Below the pieces are notes generated by a model that saw only the letters and a program-made list of their open reading frames with translations, was not told where the DNA came from and ran no database searches. DNA of 64,000 nt, taken from positions 3,744,001-3,808,000 of the forward strand of contig OZ245015.1 of the NCBI GenBank assembly GCA_965223705.1. Reading direction: 5' to 3'. This document shows positions 48,403 to 57,692 of this stretch, piece by piece. Position 1 is the stretch's first letter. Every line of letters starts with the position of its first letter. The position numbers and the translations under genes are program-made. This DNA comes from Myxococcota bacterium. GTDB lineage: Bacteria > Myxococcota_A > UBA9160 > UBA6930.

Positions 48403-49557
48403 TTATGTCCGCTGCTTCCGGACGGCCTCGGCGATCGAAACCGCCGCCCGTTCGACTTCTTCCTCGGAGGTACCCCGACCGAGGCCGATCCGAATTCCGC
48501 TCCGCTCGCGCTCGGAGCCGACCCCGAGGGCTTCGAGGACGTGACTCGGACGGGGCTCGCTGGAAGAGCAAGCTGAGCCGGTCGAGAGCGCCACGTCGTG
48601 AAGATCCGCGACGAGCTGATCGGCCTCGATGCCGGCGAACGAGACATGGAGGTTGCCGGGTAGTCGTTTCGTCGGATGACCGTTTAGCCAGACATTGCGG
48701 GTTCGCTCGCGGAGCCTCGACCAGAGGGCGTCCCGGAGTTTCGCGAGTCGGTCCATTTCTCGGTCGCGTTCTTCCGCGCAAAGCTCGAGCGCATGCGCGA
48801 GACCCACCACCAGTGGTGTGGGCACCGTTCCGGAGCGCAAACCGCGCTCGTGCCCGCCGCCGTACATCAGGGGATCGACCTGAATTCTGGGCCGGCCCGA
48901 ACGAACGTAGAGCGCACCCACACCTTTCGGGCCGTACACCTTGTGGCCGGATAGCGAGAGTAAGTCGATCTGTGCGTCCCGCACATCGAGGGGGATCTTT
49001 CCGACCGCCTGCGCCGCGTCCGTGTGGAACAGCACGCCGCGCTCGCGACACAGTGCGCCAATTTCCGGGAGCGGTTGCAGGACGCCGATTTCGTTGTTCG
49101 CAGCCATCACGGAGACCAAGACCGTTTCCGGCGTAAACGCGGCCGCGAGTTCGTCGAGGTCGATCAAGCCGTCTGCGTCGACGGAGAGCAGGCTCACCGT
49201 ACACCCTTCCTCGACCAGGGCGCGACAAGGGTCGAGCACGGCCGCGTGCTCGGTGGCGACGGTGATGACCTGCGCGGTGCGGTGCCGCGCTCGACGGCGA
49301 ACGATGCCCAACAGTGCGAGGTTGTTGGCCTCGGTCGCGCCGCTCGTAAACACGATTTCCGACGGATCCGACGCTCCGATTTCTCGAGCGATGCTCGCGC
49401 GCGCGGCGTCGACGGCAGCTTCAGCGCGCCATCCGTACACGTGAGCCCGACTCGCCGGGTTCCCGAAATCCGTGCTCCAGTACGGCGACATGGCGTCGAG
49501 GACGCGCGGATCGACCGGGGTCGTCGCGTGGTGATCGAGGTAGATCGGGAGGCTCAT
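48403..49557 (-). CDS. iscS: Cysteine desulfurase
   Basis: YLDHHATTP, FTSGATEANN, HTDAAQAVGK, SGHKVYGPKG, STGSACSS. Confidence 0.93.
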   Translation of the reverse strand: MSLPIYLDHHATTPVDPRVLDAMSPYWSTDFGNPASRAHVYGWRAEAAVDAARASIAREIGASDPSEIVFTSGATEANNLALLGIVRRRARHRTAQVITVATEHAAVLDPCRALVEEGCTVSLLSVDADGLIDLDELAAAFTPETVLVSVMAANNEIGVLQPLPEIGALCRERGVLFHTDAAQAVGKIPLDVRDAQIDLLSLSGHKVYGPKGVGALYVRSGRPRIQVDPLMYGGGHERGLRSGTVPTPLVVGLAHALELCAEERDREMDRLAKLRDALWSRLRERTRNVWLNGHPTKRLPGNLHVSFAGIEADQLVADLHDVALSTGSACSSSEPRPSHVLEALGVGSERERSGIRIGLGRGTSEEEVERAAVSIAEAVRKQRT

Positions 49558-49590
49558 AGCGGCTCCCGCCGCGAGCGGACGCAGTGCCTG

Positions 49591-49923
49591 CTAGGCGCCG
49601 AACGAGTTGCCGCAACCACAGGTCGTAGCGGCGTTGGGGTTCTCGATCTTGAAGCCCGATTCCATCAGGGTGTCGACGAAATCGAGGGTCGATCCCGCGA
49701 GGTAGAGGGCGCTCTTCTCATCGACGACGACACGGACCCCGTTGCAGTCGACCACGGTATCGGCATCGCCCACGTTTTCGTCGAAGGCCAGCTGGTACTG
49801 GAGGCCGGAACAGCCGCCGCCCACCACCTTCATGCGCAGCGCGTGGGTTTCCGTCTTCGACTCTCGATCGAGGAGAGTCTTGATCTGGTTCGCGGCCTCT
49901 TCAGTGACGATCACGAGTGACAT
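49591..49923 (-). CDS. iscA: A-type Fe-S carrier (IscA/ErpA/HesB)
   Basis: GGGCSGLQY, NPNAATTCGCGNSF; GGAG RBS. Confidence 0.9.
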   Translation of the reverse strand: MSLVIVTEEAANQIKTLLDRESKTETHALRMKVVGGGCSGLQYQLAFDENVGDADTVVDCNGVRVVVDEKSALYLAGSTLDFVDTLMESGFKIENPNAATTCGCGNSFGA

Positions 49924-49966
49924 GGTTCTCCAACTCTTCGGCATCGGGGAAGATAGCTCAACCTCT

Positions 49967-49991
49967 ATTTTGGACCAGTCTTGTCCGATTT
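49967..49991. promoter_or_regulatory. IscR/Rrf2-type operator upstream of iscA-iscS
   Basis: ATTTTGGAC-N7-GTCCGATTT, a 25-bp AT-flanked imperfect palindrome with GAC-N7-GTC core. Confidence 0.65.
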
Positions 49992-50737
49992 TATTCAGGG
50001 GAGAATCTCGGGGGCCGGAGGTGGAGGAAAACTTCCCGATTCCCCTTGGGACCGGGGACGGCGGAATCAATTGCGCCCAGCGCTTCGTAGCCCAGCCGTT
50101 CCGCCTCGCCCTGCACCTCGGCGACGGCGGACGCGCGCAGGCGATCGTCCCGGACGACCCCGCCTTTCCCGACCTGGCCTCGGCCGACCTCGAATTGCGG
50201 TTTGACGAGCGCCAGGATCTCCGCGCCGGGCGCCGCTCGCGACAACGACGGGAGGATGAGGCGGATCGAAATAAACGAGACGTCGATGGTGACGAGCGTC
50301 GTGTCGATCGGCAGATCGCCGGCCTCGAGTTCTCGCGCGTTGCGCCGCTCGAGCGCCGTGACCCGCGGATGCTGGCGCAGGGAACCGGCCAACTGACCGT
50401 GGCCCACGTCGAGGGCGATGACGTGAGCGGCTCCGCGCTGCAAGAGGCAATCGGTGAATCCGCCCGTCGACGCTCCGATATCGACACAGACGCGATCGCG
50501 CGGATCGATTGCGAAATGGTCGAGTGCCGGTTCGAGTTTGTCGCCGCCCCGGGAGACGAAGCGTCGGACCCCGCCGCGGATGCGAATCTGGGCGCCTTCC
50601 TTGACCCGTGTCCCCGGCTTGTCGACCGGCGCGTCGTCGACGAGGACCTTGCCCGTTCGGATGAGCGCTTCGGCGCGGCTGCGGGTCTCGGCCAGACCCA
50701 AGTCGACCAACCGCTCGTCGAGACGGGTCCCTTTCAG
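49991..50737 (-). CDS. tlyA: TlyA-family rRNA 2'-O-methyltransferase (S4 + FtsJ domains)
   Basis: RLDERLV, FVSRGGDKL, DIGASTGGFTDCLLQRGA, DVSFIS, LVKPQFE, GPKGNRE; start uncertain (CTG 50737 proposed). Confidence 0.93.
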   Translation of the reverse strand: MKGTRLDERLVDLGLAETRSRAEALIRTGKVLVDDAPVDKPGTRVKEGAQIRIRGGVRRFVSRGGDKLEPALDHFAIDPRDRVCVDIGASTGGFTDCLLQRGAAHVIALDVGHGQLAGSLRQHPRVTALERRNARELEAGDLPIDTTLVTIDVSFISIRLILPSLSRAAPGAEILALVKPQFEVGRGQVGKGGVVRDDRLRASAVAEVQGEAERLGYEALGAIDSAVPGPKGNREVFLHLRPPRFSPE

Positions 50738-52659
50738 CGCGTGGACTCGTCCGCGCCCCGAACGAGTTCGCGAACTGCGCCGGCGATGCCAGCGGAGTCG
50801 AGCCCGAACTCGGCTCGAAACTCCGACGGATCGCCGTGCTCGACCAGACGATCCGGAACCCCGAGGCTCCGTGCGCGCGGGTTTCGGCCCGCCGCGCTTA
50901 AGGCTTCGAGGACCGCGCTGCCGAAGCCGCCGGCCACGGCGTGTTCTTCCACCGTGACGACCGCGCCAGTGCGGGCCGCGAGAGGTTCGATGCGGCCCAT
51001 ATCGAGGGGTTTCGCGAAGCGCGCGTTGAGGACGGCGGCGTCGATGCCTTCTGCGGCGAGCTCTTCCGCCGCTTCGAGAGCTGGGTGCACCGTGTTGCCG
51101 TAGGCGACGATGACAGCGTCGCGGCCGTCGCGGAGAAGTTCGGCTTCGCCCACCGGAAGCGCCTTGATGTCGGGGTCGAGCGGGACCCCGAGCCCGCTGC
51201 CGCGCGGGTAGCGAATCGCGGCCGGACCGTCGTGCATCACCGCGGTGCACAGCATGTGCTGGAGCTCGTTCTCGTCTTTCGGAGCCATGCAGATGATGTT
51301 CGGGAGGCTCCGCAAGTAGGCGATGTCATACATCCCCTGATGCGTCGCTCCGTCGGCTCCCACCAGGCCGGCGCGGTCCATCGCCAAGGTCACGTCGAGG
51401 TTTTGCACACAGACGTCGTGCACGACTTGATCGTAGGCGCGCTGCAAGAACGTCGAGTAAATCGCCGCGACGGGCTTCATGCCTTCCGCGGCGAGCCCAG
51501 CGGCAAACGTCACGGCGTGTTGCTCCGCGATTCCGACGTCGTAGAAGCGGTCGGGGTGCGCGCGCTTGAATCGGTCGAGGCCGGTGCCGTCGGCCATCGC
51601 CGCCGTGATGCCGACGATTCGCGAATCCTCCTTCGCGAGTCGGATCAAGGTGTCGGCAAACACGTTCTGATACTTCGGCGGCCCGGGCTTCGACTTGGGG
51701 AAGGCGCCAGAAGCGACGTCGAAAGCGCCGACGCCGTGGTACTTGAACGGATCGCGCTGAGCGGGTTCGTAGCCGTAACCCTTGGCGGTGATCGCGTGGA
51801 TCAGCACCGGTCCCTCACCCTTGTGCACCATTTTCTTCGCGTTCTCGAAGGTCTCGAGGAGAACGTCCATGCGGTGCCCTTGGATCGGACCGACGTATTT
51901 GAAGTTCAGCGCTTCGAACAGGAGTCCGGGGGAGAAGAACACCTTGAGAGACTCTTCCGCCTTCTGCGCCCAGTGGAGCATGTCGCCCGGCATCGTGCCC
52001 AAGAATTCCTTCGCCCAGCCTTTCATGCGCCGGATCATCGGACCCGAGAGCTTTCTCGACAGGTAGGACGACATCGCGCCGACGTTTGGAGAGATGGACA
52101 TCTCGTTGTCGTTCAGCACGACGATGAGGTTCGACTGCGACAAATCGCCCGCGTGGTTCAGCGCTTCAAACGCCATGCCCGCCGTCATCCCGCCGTCGCC
52201 GATCATCGCGATCGCGCAGTGGTCGCGATCTTGGTGTTCGAAAGCCCGCGCCATCCCCAGCGCCGCCGAGATCGATGTTCCAGCGTGCCCGGCGCCGAAA
52301 TGATCGTACGGTGATTCCTCTCGGCGCAGGAACTTGCCGATCCCGCCGGTCTTCCCAATGCGATCGAAGCCCCCGCGTCGACCGGTGAGCATCTTGTGGG
52401 GATAGCCCTGGTGCCCCACGTCGAGGACGAGCCGGTCGTTCGGCGTATCGAACACGTAGTGAATCGCCGTGATGAGCTCACAGGCGCCGAGGCTCGAAGC
52501 CAAGTGACCGCCGGTGCGCGACACGCGCTCGACGATCTCGTCGCGGAGCTCCCGAGCCACGGCTTCCACAGCCTCGCGGGGCAGCGCCCGGAGGTCGGAA
52601 GGCTCAGCGATTCCGTCCAGGTAGCGCCGCGGGGTGTCGGTCTTAGCGTCTTTGTTCAA
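50734..52659 (-). CDS. dxs: 1-deoxy-D-xylulose-5-phosphate synthase
   Basis: GGHLASSLG, DVGHQGYPHK, GDGGMTAGMAFEALN, LNDNEMSIS, DVGIAEQHAV, DRAGLVGADG. Confidence 0.97.
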   Translation of the reverse strand: MNKDAKTDTPRRYLDGIAEPSDLRALPREAVEAVARELRDEIVERVSRTGGHLASSLGACELITAIHYVFDTPNDRLVLDVGHQGYPHKMLTGRRGGFDRIGKTGGIGKFLRREESPYDHFGAGHAGTSISAALGMARAFEHQDRDHCAIAMIGDGGMTAGMAFEALNHAGDLSQSNLIVVLNDNEMSISPNVGAMSSYLSRKLSGPMIRRMKGWAKEFLGTMPGDMLHWAQKAEESLKVFFSPGLLFEALNFKYVGPIQGHRMDVLLETFENAKKMVHKGEGPVLIHAITAKGYGYEPAQRDPFKYHGVGAFDVASGAFPKSKPGPPKYQNVFADTLIRLAKEDSRIVGITAAMADGTGLDRFKRAHPDRFYDVGIAEQHAVTFAAGLAAEGMKPVAAIYSTFLQRAYDQVVHDVCVQNLDVTLAMDRAGLVGADGATHQGMYDIAYLRSLPNIICMAPKDENELQHMLCTAVMHDGPAAIRYPRGSGLGVPLDPDIKALPVGEAELLRDGRDAVIVAYGNTVHPALEAAEELAAEGIDAAVLNARFAKPLDMGRIEPLAARTGAVVTVEEHAVAGGFGSAVLEALSAAGRNPRARSLGVPDRLVEHGDPSEFRAEFGLDSAGIAGAVRELVRGADESTR

Positions 52660-53471
52660 CGGTCTCTCCGCACAGCAAATCGGGCGAGCATACGCAGCGG
52701 CTGCGCCGCTTCGCCGAGATCTTCCGCCTCGCCGAGGGCTTCCTCGACGAGGCTCTCGGCCCAGGCGAGCGCCTCGTCGGGCGCGTATACACGTAGCACT
52801 GAACAGGGCTCATCCCGGTCTCGATCGAGGCAATCGTCGGCGATCTGGAACGCCAGGCCGAGGGCGAGCCCGATGCGCGCGATGATCGCGCGCTTCGCCT
52901 CGTCCGCGCCTGCGCATCGCGCCCCGAGAGAAGCCGAGACCTCGAAGAGCGCCGCCGTCTTTCGCCGGTGGACCGACGTGATCGCGTCGGCCGAGCCGCC
53001 GGAAAACGAGAGATCGTCGGCCTGCCCGCCCACCAACCCGAGGGCCCCGACTGCACGGGCGAGCTCTCCCACGCCTTCCGAAGGCAATCCGGAGTCCGCG
53101 ATGCACTGGAACGCGAGCGCTTGCAGCGCATCGCCGGCCAGGACCGCCAGCGCTTCGGTGTACGCCACGTGGACGGTGGGGCGACCGCGCCGGAGCGCGT
53201 CGTCGTCCATACACGGCAAGTCATCGTGGATGAGTGAGTACGTATGGATCAACTCGACGGCGACGGCGGGCGCCAGGGCAGCGTCCGCCGCCCCTCCCGC
53301 CGCGCGACACGCCGCAAAGGCCACCGCAGGGCGAATTCGCTTGCCGCCGGGGAAGAGCAGATGCGCCATGGCTCCGGAGAGATCCCCGGGACCGCGAGCA
53401 TCGGCAAGCGCCCGGCGGAGGCCGGCGTCGACCCGTGTCGCGCATTCCTTCAAATATCCTTCGACGTCCAT
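52656..53471 (-). CDS. ispA: Farnesyl/geranylgeranyl diphosphate synthase
   Basis: GGKRIRP, SLIHDDLPCMDDDALRRGRPT, GQADD, KTAALF, FQIADD. Confidence 0.92.
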   Translation of the reverse strand: MDVEGYLKECATRVDAGLRRALADARGPGDLSGAMAHLLFPGGKRIRPAVAFAACRAAGGAADAALAPAVAVELIHTYSLIHDDLPCMDDDALRRGRPTVHVAYTEALAVLAGDALQALAFQCIADSGLPSEGVGELARAVGALGLVGGQADDLSFSGGSADAITSVHRRKTAALFEVSASLGARCAGADEAKRAIIARIGLALGLAFQIADDCLDRDRDEPCSVLRVYAPDEALAWAESLVEEALGEAEDLGEAAQPLRMLARFAVRRDR

Positions 53472-53755
53472 CAGAGCGGAGCTTCCTCGTCCGACTCCTC
53501 AAACGGTGCGCGACTGGCGTCGTCGCCGGATCCCAGGAGAACCTCGACCCGCTGTTCCGCTTCTCGCAAGCGGGTCGCGCACGCGCGAGAGAGGGAGACG
53601 CCCCGCTCGAAGACTCGGAGCGCTTCTTCGAGGGGCATCTCCCCATCTTCGAGTGATGCGACGAGCTCTTCGAGCTCCTCGAGGGCCGCTTCTAGCGGAA
53701 CCTCCGGATCGGCGGGCGTCTCTTTCGCTTGGGTTCGGCGGGACGTCTTCGGCAC
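53471..53755 (-). CDS. xseB: Exodeoxyribonuclease VII small subunit
   Basis: LEAALEELEELVASLEDGEMPLEEAL..FERGV..C...L.EAEQRV. Confidence 0.93.
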   Translation of the reverse strand: MPKTSRRTQAKETPADPEVPLEAALEELEELVASLEDGEMPLEEALRVFERGVSLSRACATRLREAEQRVEVLLGSGDDASRAPFEESDEEAPL

Positions 53756-53808
53756 GCTTCGAAGCTACCACTTTTCGCGGAATGCCGTGGCGAACCGGAG
53801 CCTTGGCC

Positions 53809-55044
53809 TCAGGGCTCGTCGTCCTCGACAGCGACGACGGACACGTCGGCGCGCCCTTCGTGCAGGCGAAGCGTCAAGGTGTCGCCGACGGAGAGATCGG
53901 CCACCCGCCGAGCGATCCCACCGTCCGGTCGGGTCGCGATCGCGTAGCCGCGACGCAGCACCGCGAGCGGCGACAGCGCTTCGAGCCGCGCGACCGCTTC
54001 GCGCAACCTTCGATCCGATCGTCGGGTCGCCTCGGAAACGGCGTCGCGCAGGCGCGCCTCGGCGCGCTCGAGGCGAAGGCGCCGGGTCTCGAGCTTCGCC
54101 CTCGGCGCTTCCCGGCGCAGTTTCTCGGTCAGGGTCGCGAGCCGGTCGGCTGCGCGCTCGTAGTGTGACCGAAGCGCCGAAACCAACCGGCGCTCGGCCG
54201 AGGCGAGGTCCGAAGCGAGTTCGGCCCGATCGGAAGTGACCAGCGCGGCTGCCGCCGATGGCGTCGGAGCGCGGAGATCCGCGGCGAGATCGGCGATCGT
54301 CACGTCGACCTCGTGCCCGACCCCGCTCACGACCGGCAGCCGGCAAGTGCGAATCGCCCGAGCCACCCGCTCCGTGTTGAAGCAGGCCAAATCAAAAGCG
54401 CCACCGCCGCCGCGCACCAGGAGGACGACGTCGACGTCCGGTTGCTCCGACAAGCTGCGGAGCGCGGATTCGATCTCCGCCGGCGCGGCGTCGCCCTGGA
54501 CGGTCGCCGGCGCGAGCAGCAAGGGCACATCGGGGGCGCGCTCCTCGAGGACGCGAATCACGTCGTGAATCGCCGCTCCATGGGCCGAGGTCACGACACC
54601 GATACGCCTCGGGTGGGCCGGAAGCTCGCGTTTCTCGGATTCGTCGAAGAGGCCCTCGGCCTCGAGTCGCGCCCGCAACTGCTCAAAGGCCAGCTGCAGG
54701 GCGCCCACGCCCCGGGGCTCCACTTCGCGGACGATGATCTGCAAGTCGCCCCGCGCCGGATAGACGCTCAGCTCTCCGAAGATCCGAACCTCGAGCCCGT
54801 CTTCGAGGTCGAACGGCACCCGACGCGCCGCGCTTCGAAAGAGCGCTGCACGCAGCTGGGCCGATTCGTCCTTGAGTGTGAAGTAGACGTGGCCGGACGC
54901 GGCATGGTGGACGTTGATCACTTCGCCGCCGATCCACAGACGCCCCACGCGTTCTTCGAGCAGCGCGGAAATGCCGGCCGCTACCTCCGCGACGGTAAAG
55001 ACGCGGGGCGCGGTCACTTCGTTTCGATCCGTGCGACGCTCCAC
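53809..55044 (-). CDS. xseA: Exodeoxyribonuclease VII large subunit
   Basis: SGHVYFTLKD, IGVVTS..GAA..D, VQG, RGGG, SGVGHEVD, RAPTPSAAA, LSPLAVLRRGY. Confidence 0.95.
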   Translation of the reverse strand: MERRTDRNEVTAPRVFTVAEVAAGISALLEERVGRLWIGGEVINVHHAASGHVYFTLKDESAQLRAALFRSAARRVPFDLEDGLEVRIFGELSVYPARGDLQIIVREVEPRGVGALQLAFEQLRARLEAEGLFDESEKRELPAHPRRIGVVTSAHGAAIHDVIRVLEERAPDVPLLLAPATVQGDAAPAEIESALRSLSEQPDVDVVLLVRGGGGAFDLACFNTERVARAIRTCRLPVVSGVGHEVDVTIADLAADLRAPTPSAAAALVTSDRAELASDLASAERRLVSALRSHYERAADRLATLTEKLRREAPRAKLETRRLRLERAEARLRDAVSEATRRSDRRLREAVARLEALSPLAVLRRGYAIATRPDGGIARRVADLSVGDTLTLRLHEGRADVSVVAVEDDEP

Positions 55045-55089
55045 GGCGAGAGGACTAGCGCGCTTCGGCGCGTTTCACGAGCGGGAGGG

Positions 55090-56436
55090 CTAGCGCGCCT
55101 CGGCGGACTGAACCGATTCGTCGGCGGGAGGCTTGCGGAGGTGATCGAAGTAGGTCCAGCTCTTCAACACCTCGATCGCCCGGGCCAACTGGGGATCGGC
55201 CGCGTCGTCGTCCTCGTCGTCCACTTCGGCGCCGGGCTGGCGGAAATGCCCGTCGAGATCCTTTTCGCGAACTCGAGGTGTCGTCGAGACCGGTGCGTCG
55301 ACCGAGGCCGCGACTTCGATATCCGGCGCGATCCCGACTTCTTGGATCGAACGTCCCGCCGGTGTGTAGTAAAGCGCTGTCGTCAGCCGGAGCCCCGACC
55401 CGTCTTCCAGAGGGTAGACGGTTTGAACACTGCCTTTCCCAAAACTCGGCATACCGACGACGAGTGCCCGACGTTGGTCTTGGAGCGCCCCGGCGACGAT
55501 CTCAGAAGCGCTCGCGCTCCCCTCATTGATGAGAATGACCATCGGATATTGCGCTTGGTCCGAAGGGGTCGCGCGAAACTCTTGGCGACTCCCCTCGTCG
55601 CGACCTTCGGTGTAGACGACGAGGCCTTCTTCCAGCCAGAGGTCGGCTACGCCGACGGCTTGATCCAACAGGCCGCCCGGATTGTCACGAAGGTCGAGAA
55701 CCGCTCCCACGAACGGACCGCCGTTTGCCTCGAGGCGCTTCTCGATCGCCTTGCGAAGCTCTGCCGTGGTGCGTTCCTGGAAGGAGCGCACGCGAAAATA
55801 CGCGTAGCCGTCCTCGAGCGCGCGACTCGTTACGGACGCGACCTTGACGATGTCGCGCACGATCTCGAATTGCCGGGGTTCGTCGAACCCGTCGCGCAAG
55901 ATGAAGATCTTGATCGACGAGCCCTTCGGGCCCCGCATGAGCGTCACCGCTTCGTGAAGGTCGAGTCCCTGGGTCCCTCGACAGGGCTCGACCCAGTCGT
56001 CGGGAACTTGCGTGGGGCAAATGTCGGTGATCTGGTCGCGGGCCTTCAAGCCGGCCCGTTCCGCCGGCGTGCCTTCGATCGGCGAGACCACTTCGACGTA
56101 ACCGCCCTGCTCCTTGGAGATCTCGATTCCCAGACCATAGAACTCGCCGCGCGTGTCGATCTGCATCTCGCGGTATGACTTCGCGTCCATGTACGACGAG
56201 TGCGGATCGAGCGACGCCAACATCCCGCGAACCGCACCTTGGACGAGGTCCGTTTCATTGACGGTTTCGACGTAGTGATCGCGAACGAGGCGATAGACGT
56301 TGCTAAAGAGCGCCAGACTCTCGTAACGGCCGGCGGCGATGCTCGTCACCGCTCCCGTCGTGAGCAGCAACACGCAGCAGGCTGCGAGGCCGGCGGCAAA
56401 TCCCAGCGTGAATCGAAGATCGAAGCGACGACGCAT
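55090..56436 (-). CDS. ctpA: Carboxyl-terminal processing protease (S41, PDZ)
   Basis: LDPHSSY, GLGIEI, DLRDNPGGLL, SASASEIVAGALQD, SFGKGSVQ. Confidence 0.93.
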   Translation of the reverse strand: MRRRFDLRFTLGFAAGLAACCVLLLTTGAVTSIAAGRYESLALFSNVYRLVRDHYVETVNETDLVQGAVRGMLASLDPHSSYMDAKSYREMQIDTRGEFYGLGIEISKEQGGYVEVVSPIEGTPAERAGLKARDQITDICPTQVPDDWVEPCRGTQGLDLHEAVTLMRGPKGSSIKIFILRDGFDEPRQFEIVRDIVKVASVTSRALEDGYAYFRVRSFQERTTAELRKAIEKRLEANGGPFVGAVLDLRDNPGGLLDQAVGVADLWLEEGLVVYTEGRDEGSRQEFRATPSDQAQYPMVILINEGSASASEIVAGALQDQRRALVVGMPSFGKGSVQTVYPLEDGSGLRLTTALYYTPAGRSIQEVGIAPDIEVAASVDAPVSTTPRVREKDLDGHFRQPGAEVDDEDDDAADPQLARAIEVLKSWTYFDHLRKPPADESVQSAEAR

Positions 56437-56487
56437 ATGGGCCTCTCGAGCCGTTGGATCGTTTCCGAAGCGATCCGAATCGTAACA

Positions 56488-56513
56488 ATCGGTGTTTCGG
56501 AGCTCGACCTTTA
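56488..56513 (-). promoter_or_regulatory. sigma28-like promoter before ctpA
   Basis: Minus strand TAAAG-N15-ACCGAT. Confidence 0.65.
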
Positions 56514-56555
56514 AAGACACGAGACACCGCAACGCCGCGGTCGGTGCCGCGCCGG

Positions 56556-57692
56556 CTAGCGCAACAAGCCCGGGCCCAGCCAAGCGGTCGGATTGAGCGC
56601 TTCGTCACGTCGACGGATCTCGAAATACACCCGGGGACCCGCCAGGGAACCCGAGTCTCCGGCCCGTCCGACGAGTTCTCCCGCCCGGACGCGTTCGCCG
56701 ACATTCACCTCGAAGCTGTCCAAATGCCCCGTCACCGTGAAGTGGTCGGCGCCGTGATCGATAATCAACAGGCGTCCGTAGCCGCGAAACCAACCGGCAA
56801 AACGCACTTCGCCGTCGGCCACCGCAAACACCGGTGCGCCTCGGTAGGCTCCGAAAAGGAGACCGTTGCGGACGGTCTCAGTCCCGAACTCGTCGCGGAC
56901 GCGCCCGAAACGACCGATGAGTCGCCCCTCCACCGGGAGCGGTAGGCGGCCGCGCAGCGCGGCGAAGTCGTCGGCTCCCGGTCGGCGCGAGCGCAGACCG
57001 GACAAGCGCTCTTCCAGCGCGCGCGCCGCGGCCTGGAGCTCGCGGAGCGCGCCGCGTGCGCGTTGGCGATCGCGACGCGTTTCGCGGAGCAGATTTCGCC
57101 GCATACGTCGATCCGCTCGAAGCTCGGACCGACGCGTCTTGAAGCGCGTCAGCGCGCGTTCGCCGACCGTCGCGATCCGGATCGCCTCGACGCGCGCGTC
57201 CGCAACGGCCGCGATATCTCGACTGTGGCGCTCGGCGAGCTCCCGATCTCGTTTGAGGAGCCACTGCAGCGCGCGAACTTCGGAAAGCGCCCCTTCGAGA
57301 CTTCCCGCCCCGAACAACACACGGACGGGACCGAGTTCTCCCCACTTGTAGAGAGCGACGGCTCGAGCCGCGAGCACGCGGCGAGTTTCCGCCAACCGGG
57401 CTTTCGCCGCCTCCGCACGGGGAGCGAGCTCCTCGAGCGCGCGCTCGGCTTCTTCGACTTCTTTGCGCGCGCGGGCTTCGTCTTCCGCCAAGAGGCCGGC
57501 GCGACGATCGAGGCTTTCGATGGCCGCGAGAAGTCCTCGTTCCTCCTTCTCGTAGCGCTCGACCTGGCTGCGCGTCTCGGCGAGTGAACGACGGAGCGCT
57601 TCGAGCTCTTCGCTGTCTTCGTCTCCGGCAGCGCTGGTCGCGAAGGCGAGAACCGCGAGAAAGAACGCAGCCCGTCGGAACGCGCGCGCCAT
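56556..57692 (-). CDS. envC: Murein hydrolase activator EnvC (coiled coil + degenerate M23)
   Basis: Signal peptide, long coiled coil, LPLPVEG, GWFRGYG..IIDHG, YFEIR; follows ftsEX. Confidence 0.88.
   Translation of the reverse strand: MARAFRRAAFFLAVLAFATSAAGDEDSEELEALRRSLAETRSQVERYEKEERGLLAAIESLDRRAGLLAEDEARARKEVEEAERALEELAPRAEAAKARLAETRRVLAARAVALYKWGELGPVRVLFGAGSLEGALSEVRALQWLLKRDRELAERHSRDIAAVADARVEAIRIATVGERALTRFKTRRSELRADRRMRRNLLRETRRDRQRARGALRELQAAARALEERLSGLRSRRPGADDFAALRGRLPLPVEGRLIGRFGRVRDEFGTETVRNGLLFGAYRGAPVFAVADGEVRFAGWFRGYGRLLIIDHGADHFTVTGHLDSFEVNVGERVRAGELVGRAGDSGSLAGPRVYFEIRRRDEALNPTAWLGPGLLR

Noticed and set aside
49991..50737. TlyA as a haemolysin or virulence factor
   Set aside because: The xseAB-ispA-dxs-tlyA context is the standard housekeeping arrangement of the rRNA methyltransferase.
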